64,000 bases of DNA from Gemmatimonadaceae bacterium (lineage in GTDB: Bacteria; Gemmatimonadota; Gemmatimonadetes; Gemmatimonadales; Gemmatimonadaceae), in the NCBI GenBank assembly GCA_036499625.1, contig DASYDJ010000068.1, forward strand, positions 21,988 through 85,987. The letters run 5' to 3'. The notes below the pieces were generated by a model that was given only the letters and a program-made list of their open reading frames with translations, searched no databases and was not told where the DNA came from. The position numbers and the translations under genes are program-made. Positions 59,746 through 64,000 of the stretch are shown one piece after another. Each line of letters opens with the position of its first letter. Positions within the stretch are counted from its first letter, which is position 1.

Positions 59746-60939
59746 TCACACCTCGACGAGCATCGACACGACGGACTTGGTGGCGAAGCTGATCCACTGC
59801 TGGTGAATGCGCTCCACCAAGCTCTCGCTCACCTCCTGACCGCGCGCCACGAGCAGCATCCCGTTCTCGGCGCGGACTTCGGCGGCGAACACCATACCCA
59901 CGCGTACCTGCGATAGCCGCATGTCCTGCAGCGCGACACGCGCCGCCCGCGTGCCCTGCAACGCGGTGAACATGGCGAGGAGCTTGGGGTCGTACCAACC
60001 CGGGTGCTGCGCCATCGTACCCAGGGCATCGCTCGCAGCCAACCCGCGCAAGTCGAGCATGTCGAAGTCGAGCACGATCTTGAGCATGCGCGCGCCAATC
60101 GGAATTGCTTCGCCCACGGTGCCGGCATTCGTCATCGCACCGTCGCCGCTGCGTCCGTCGAACCGCGTGTCCTGGAAGCGTAGAATCTCTCGAACCGCAT
60201 CGAGCCGCGGAATGTCGCCGATCAACCGCTCGGCTGTCGCCGGCAATTTGGCAATGATTTGTCGTTCCGAATCGGAGAGGCGTTCGCCGGCATAGAACCG
60301 ATCGACGCTCTCGGCCGGCAGCGCGGCGTACCCGACTTGCGACAACATCGCGGCGATTTCGATCGACCACTGGTCACGCACGTTGGCGCGGACGGCGAGA
60401 TCGGCAACCAAGCGTCGCACGCGCGTAGCGCGACCAAACGCCTGCGGCTGCGCGAGCGCCAACACGTCGATGAGCGCCTTGATGCTTCCGTGAAGTGTTT
60501 GCTCCAGCAGCACACGCTCTGCCGTGACGAGTCTGTGCTGCTCTGCCGCGGCTGACACCGCGGTACGCAACACGTCGGGCGCGCATGGCTTCGTGAGAAA
60601 GCGAAAGATCTGGCCGCGATTCACCGCGGCGACCGCGGTATCGAGATCGCCGTTGCCGGTGAGCAGAATGCGCACGGTGTCGGGCGCGATCTCGCAGACT
60701 TGAACGAGGAACGTCACGCCATCGGTGCCGGGCATGCGATAATCGGAGACGACTACCGCATACGGCGGATCGCTGCGAACGTGCGCGAGTCCCTCGGCTG
60801 CCGAGCTAGCGACAGTGACGTCGAACAAGGTGCCGAGCACGCGACTGAGGACGCCCGAGATTGCAAGGTCGTCGTCGACGCAGAGGATGCGTGGAAGAGC
60901 GTCGGTTTTGCCTTTCGCTGCAGCTGTCACGTGATCCAA
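59746..60939 (-). CDS. Response regulator: REC + degenerate (catalytically dead) HD-GYP-like domain + C-terminal domain
   Basis: Receiver 'ILCVDDDLAI...VVSDYRMPGTDG...FLTKP'. The HD-GYP-like region has its metal/catalytic motifs replaced ('FGRATRV', 'MLSQVGY', 'RFQDTRFDGRSGDG'), but 'IPIGARMLKIVLDFD' is retained. Confidence 0.85.
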   Translation of the reverse strand: MDHVTAAAKGKTDALPRILCVDDDLAISGVLSRVLGTLFDVTVASSAAEGLAHVRSDPPYAVVVSDYRMPGTDGVTFLVQVCEIAPDTVRILLTGNGDLDTAVAAVNRGQIFRFLTKPCAPDVLRTAVSAAAEQHRLVTAERVLLEQTLHGSIKALIDVLALAQPQAFGRATRVRRLVADLAVRANVRDQWSIEIAAMLSQVGYAALPAESVDRFYAGERLSDSERQIIAKLPATAERLIGDIPRLDAVREILRFQDTRFDGRSGDGAMTNAGTVGEAIPIGARMLKIVLDFDMLDLRGLAASDALGTMAQHPGWYDPKLLAMFTALQGTRAARVALQDMRLSQVRVGMVFAAEVRAENGMLLVARGQEVSESLVERIHQQWISFATKSVVSMLVEV

Positions 60940-63281
60940 TCCGCGCCGGGTTTCGTTGACTGCGGCCCGCCCCGCGCCGCTACGAAAGCGCGCGCAACGC
61001 TCGGCGCAGTGAACGGCTTCTCGAGGAATACGATACCGCTCGCCGACGACTCGTCGCCGCTCGCGACGTCTTCGGCGTATCCCGACATGAGAATGACGGG
61101 CAGCTCCGGCTTTTCCTGGCGCAGTATCGCCGCGAGCTCCAATCCGCCTTGCCCCGGCATCACGGCATCGGTGAGCACAATGTCGAACCGCTGGCCGTCG
61201 GCGCGAACGACGGCCAGCGCCGCCGCGACGTTTTCGACCGGCATCACTGTGTGCCCGAGTTGTTCGAGCACCGCTTTCGCCGCGAGGCGCACAGACGGAT
61301 CGTCTTCGACCAACAGGACGGTGGCAGGCTCGACTGCCGGCAGCGCCGACACGCCGGCGTCGTCGAGCGATTGTACCGCCGATTCGTCGGCCGGAAAATA
61401 AATCTTGAACGTCGTGCCCATTCCGGGCTCGCTGTACACGTAGATGCTGCCCCCTGATTGGCGTACGATGCCGTACACCATTGCCAAGCCGAGGCCAGTA
61501 CCTTGCCCGGCTTCCTTGGTCGTGAAGAACGGCTCGAAGATCCGATCGAGAGTATCGGCATCCATTCCCATTCCCGTGTCGCGCACGGACAGCACGACAT
61601 GCGGTCCCGGCGTTCCGCCCGTGTGAAGAGCGACAAACGTGTCATCGAGCATGGCACTGGACGTCTCGATGACCAGCGACCCTCCCGTCGGCATGGCATC
61701 GCGCGCGTTGACGGCAAGGTTCATGAGCACTTGCTCGAGTTGTCCGCGATCTACGCAGATCGGATACGCGGTCTCGTCGAGCGCGGTGCTCATGGCGATG
61801 TTCGCGGGCATGACTCGCGTGAGCATCGACATGAACTCGATAACTGTCGCGTTGAGATTCAGCAGCGTGGGATGAAGCACCTGCTTGCGGCTGAACGCCA
61901 ACAGTTGTCGCGTGAGCGCCGAGGCGCGATCGGCACCTGTTCGAATCTTGGTGAGGTCGGCTCGCGACGTGTCGGTAAGCGCCTCGTCAGCGAGCACCAG
62001 ATCGGTGTAGCTGATGATGACGGTGAGAATGTTGTTGAAGTCGTGCGCAACGCCGCCGGCGAGCCGCCCGATGGCTTCCATTTTATGTGCCTGCTGGAGT
62101 TGACCCTCCAGCTTCTCCGCTCGCGCATGCGACTGACGTTCGGCATCGCGTGCGCGCGTGAGATCGCCGATTGTCTCGCGCAACTGCTCGTTCGACTCCT
62201 CGAGCTCTACCTGCTGAATCTCGAGCTCCGTCTGCTGGTTCTCCAACTCGAATGACGCAGTCTGAATGGCCTGGGCCATGTTGTTGAACGCGACGGCGAG
62301 GCGTCCCACCTCGTCGTTGCGAACCGCGGGCACGCGGGTGGAGTAATCGCCGCCGGCAATCCCTTCGGCCGCGTGAGTCAGCCCGGACAACGGCGCAATG
62401 ATGTGTCGTCCCAGCACCCGCGCAGCCACGCCGCCGAGCACGATGACGCCGAGCGCGACGAGCAGCAGGTACATGAGAAAGTTGTGCGCGTCCGCGAGCA
62501 CTTCGGCTTCCGGGCGCGCCACCCAGACCGCCCATGGCGAGCCGCTCACCGCCGACAACGCGCCGATCCACTTGGTGCCGTCGGCCATCGCGACATCGCC
62601 GCTGTGCGCGTTCAGCTGCGTGCTCGGCGGGCCATCGACGCGCGTGTCGAGATTCGTCCAGAGATTCCCCGAGACATTCCCGACGAGCAGTATGGCTTTA
62701 CCGCCGATCAATCCGCTCAGCAGTTTTGCCGACGTCGTGGACGACGCGCGCGCGAGCTCGCGCACGTAGCCGAGTGTATCTCCGGCCTCGCCAAGCACGG
62801 GGAGACGTGTATCGGTAATGACGGTGTCGTGCAACGCGATGAGCGGCCCTACCGGCGAGCTGCGGCGATTCGCCGGCGCGAGCGGAAGCGCTGTGTCGCC
62901 TGCGACCGCGATGCGCGCGCCACGTGCGTCGCGCAACTCCACGAGCATGACGACCGGACTGCGCGCCAGCTCGTCGGCGATGTGGCGTTGCGCCGCGGCA
63001 AGAGTCGGCGCACTTGGCCGCGCCAACACGTTCCGCAGCGTCGAATCGTGAGAGAGCGGCGAGCCTTCACGCGCGAGCTTCACGTTCGACTGCGCGAACG
63101 AGGACGAAATCTCCTCCGACACGCCCATCATGTGTTCGCCAACGGCCGCAATGCGGGCGCGTTTCATCTCGACGTATGCCGTGGTCGCAATCACCACCAC
63201 TGCAATCGCCAGGAGTACGGTTGTGAGGAGCGGAAGCTTGCGGCCAATGTCCTGCCAGTCGCCACCGCGCCCGGTGTTCAC
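60927..63281 (-). CDS. Hybrid sensor histidine kinase (periplasmic sensor-HAMP-coiled coil-HisKA-HATPase-REC)
   Basis: 784 aa. Two TMs, HAMP domain, H-box '[10 protein letters not shown]', 'DTGMGMD', 'GTGLGLAMV' and receiver 'VLLVEDDPS...[12 protein letters not shown]'. Confidence 0.9.
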   Translation of the reverse strand: MNTGRGGDWQDIGRKLPLLTTVLLAIAVVVIATTAYVEMKRARIAAVGEHMMGVSEEISSSFAQSNVKLAREGSPLSHDSTLRNVLARPSAPTLAAAQRHIADELARSPVVMLVELRDARGARIAVAGDTALPLAPANRRSSPVGPLIALHDTVITDTRLPVLGEAGDTLGYVRELARASSTTSAKLLSGLIGGKAILLVGNVSGNLWTNLDTRVDGPPSTQLNAHSGDVAMADGTKWIGALSAVSGSPWAVWVARPEAEVLADAHNFLMYLLLVALGVIVLGGVAARVLGRHIIAPLSGLTHAAEGIAGGDYSTRVPAVRNDEVGRLAVAFNNMAQAIQTASFELENQQTELEIQQVELEESNEQLRETIGDLTRARDAERQSHARAEKLEGQLQQAHKMEAIGRLAGGVAHDFNNILTVIISYTDLVLADEALTDTSRADLTKIRTGADRASALTRQLLAFSRKQVLHPTLLNLNATVIEFMSMLTRVMPANIAMSTALDETAYPICVDRGQLEQVLMNLAVNARDAMPTGGSLVIETSSAMLDDTFVALHTGGTPGPHVVLSVRDTGMGMDADTLDRIFEPFFTTKEAGQGTGLGLAMVYGIVRQSGGSIYVYSEPGMGTTFKIYFPADESAVQSLDDAGVSALPAVEPATVLLVEDDPSVRLAAKAVLEQLGHTVMPVENVAAALAVVRADGQRFDIVLTDAVMPGQGGLELAAILRQEKPELPVILMSGYAEDVASGDESSASGIVFLEKPFTAPSVARAFVAARGGPQSTKPGADWIT

Positions 63282-63691
63282 GCGGAAGATCCTCCACGTC
63301 GTGGTCGACGCTCGAGCAGTTCACGGACGGCCGCCGACAGCTCCTCGGGAGTAAACGGCTTCGGAAGAAACGCCGTGGGCGTTCCCACGAGATCGGCCAT
63401 CGAATTCGCCGGCTGCGGATAGCCCGATACCATGAGGAAGCGAATGGACGGATACCACGCCCGGAGCTGCTCGAGCAGTTTCCAGCCGCTCATCTGCGGC
63501 ATGTTCACGTCGCTGACGATCAGATGGATGGGCGCGGCATATTCGGCGGCCACGTCGAGTGCGTCTTGGCCGTTGGCTGCTTCTAGTACGTGATACGACT
63601 CGCCACCAAGCACGAAGCCGATGAGCTCGCGTATCTCAGCGTCGTCGTCGACGACAAGAACCGTTTCTGCGTCGAAGATGGGTGCTCCCAC
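63278..63691 (-). CDS. Single-domain CheY-like response regulator
   Basis: 137 aa. 'VLVVDDDAEI', 'LIVSDVNMPQMSG' and 'FLPKP'. GTG start with GGGAGA upstream. The stop overlaps the hybrid kinase start. Confidence 0.9.
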   Translation of the reverse strand: MGAPIFDAETVLVVDDDAEIRELIGFVLGGESYHVLEAANGQDALDVAAEYAAPIHLIVSDVNMPQMSGWKLLEQLRAWYPSIRFLMVSGYPQPANSMADLVGTPTAFLPKPFTPEELSAAVRELLERRPRRGGSSA

Positions 63692-64000
63692 AATGGTCTC
63701 CCGATCTTAGTATCGGCGCGACGGCGACAAGCGCGATGCTCAGCGCGCACGTGGTAAATATCGATGCAGTGCAGTGAAGTACAGTGGCCTCCGTCACCTG
63801 ACAGGCGCCTTACCGGCAAACATGAGAGGATTTTAATCTTAGATAGCGCATGGTCGCCGCCAGGCGCGGATGTGGCTGGCAGGCGACTTGCGGGTTCCGT
63901 CCGCGACTAATGCCCTCGCAACCCCGCTCACGGTGTCACCCGGCGCGGGGGTGCGCCTCGGAAGGTCCACGGCGACGCCAGCGGGCCACCACGAGGGAAA

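Noticed and set aside
63839-64000. Partial minus-strand ORF entering from the right edge ('...PGDTVSGVARALVADG...AI*')
   Set aside because: Only 53 codons are visible, with no recognisable motif. The high third-position GC is compatible with coding but is not sufficient to call a gene.

Overview
Visibly GC-rich (GC not computed), gene-dense chromosomal segment. The gene content (PadR plus a duplicated ADOP-type permease, many hybrid two-component systems) suggests a soil Gemmatimonadota/Acidobacteriota-like bacterium; this is inference only. I support about 62 CDS, 2 tRNAs (Ala-CGC, Gln-CTG), one toxin-gene remnant and several intergenic repeat, terminator and promoter elements. I saw no rRNA, CRISPR array, transposase or integrase. 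Recognisable content: GT2, LD-carboxypeptidase, rhodanese, Nudix, a PadR-ADOP permease pair, an mntH-usp-mntR operon, three two-component clusters (one ending in an Hpt-REC-REC-GGDEF protein), an ABC system with two FtsX permeases plus a CrtC/AttH-like protein, a SURF1-linked membrane/secreted pair, a long acyl-CoA dehydrogenase, two orphan HMA (CopZ-like) genes, mgtE, bioFADB, RNase Z, threonine dehydratase, a Big_2 metzincin, DUF1800 and kaiB-kaiC. Most interesting observations: (1) a KaiA-less kaiBC pair next to a PAS kinase, a receiver with a fully degenerate HD-GYP domain, a hybrid kinase and a CheY; (2) two families of 80-130 nt palindromic repeats plus a heptamer-array hairpin that fill nearly every convergent gene junction; (3) a candidate periplasmic copper-handling module upstream of SURF1; (4) a recurrent leaderless-type promoter layout (-10 box 6-9 nt from the start codon); (5) an orphan HigA-like antitoxin with a truncated toxin beside tRNA-Gln, whose promoter/leader is G-quadruplex-rich. 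Many long ORFs in the six-frame track are antisense or out-of-frame artefacts of the high GC content and are not reported.
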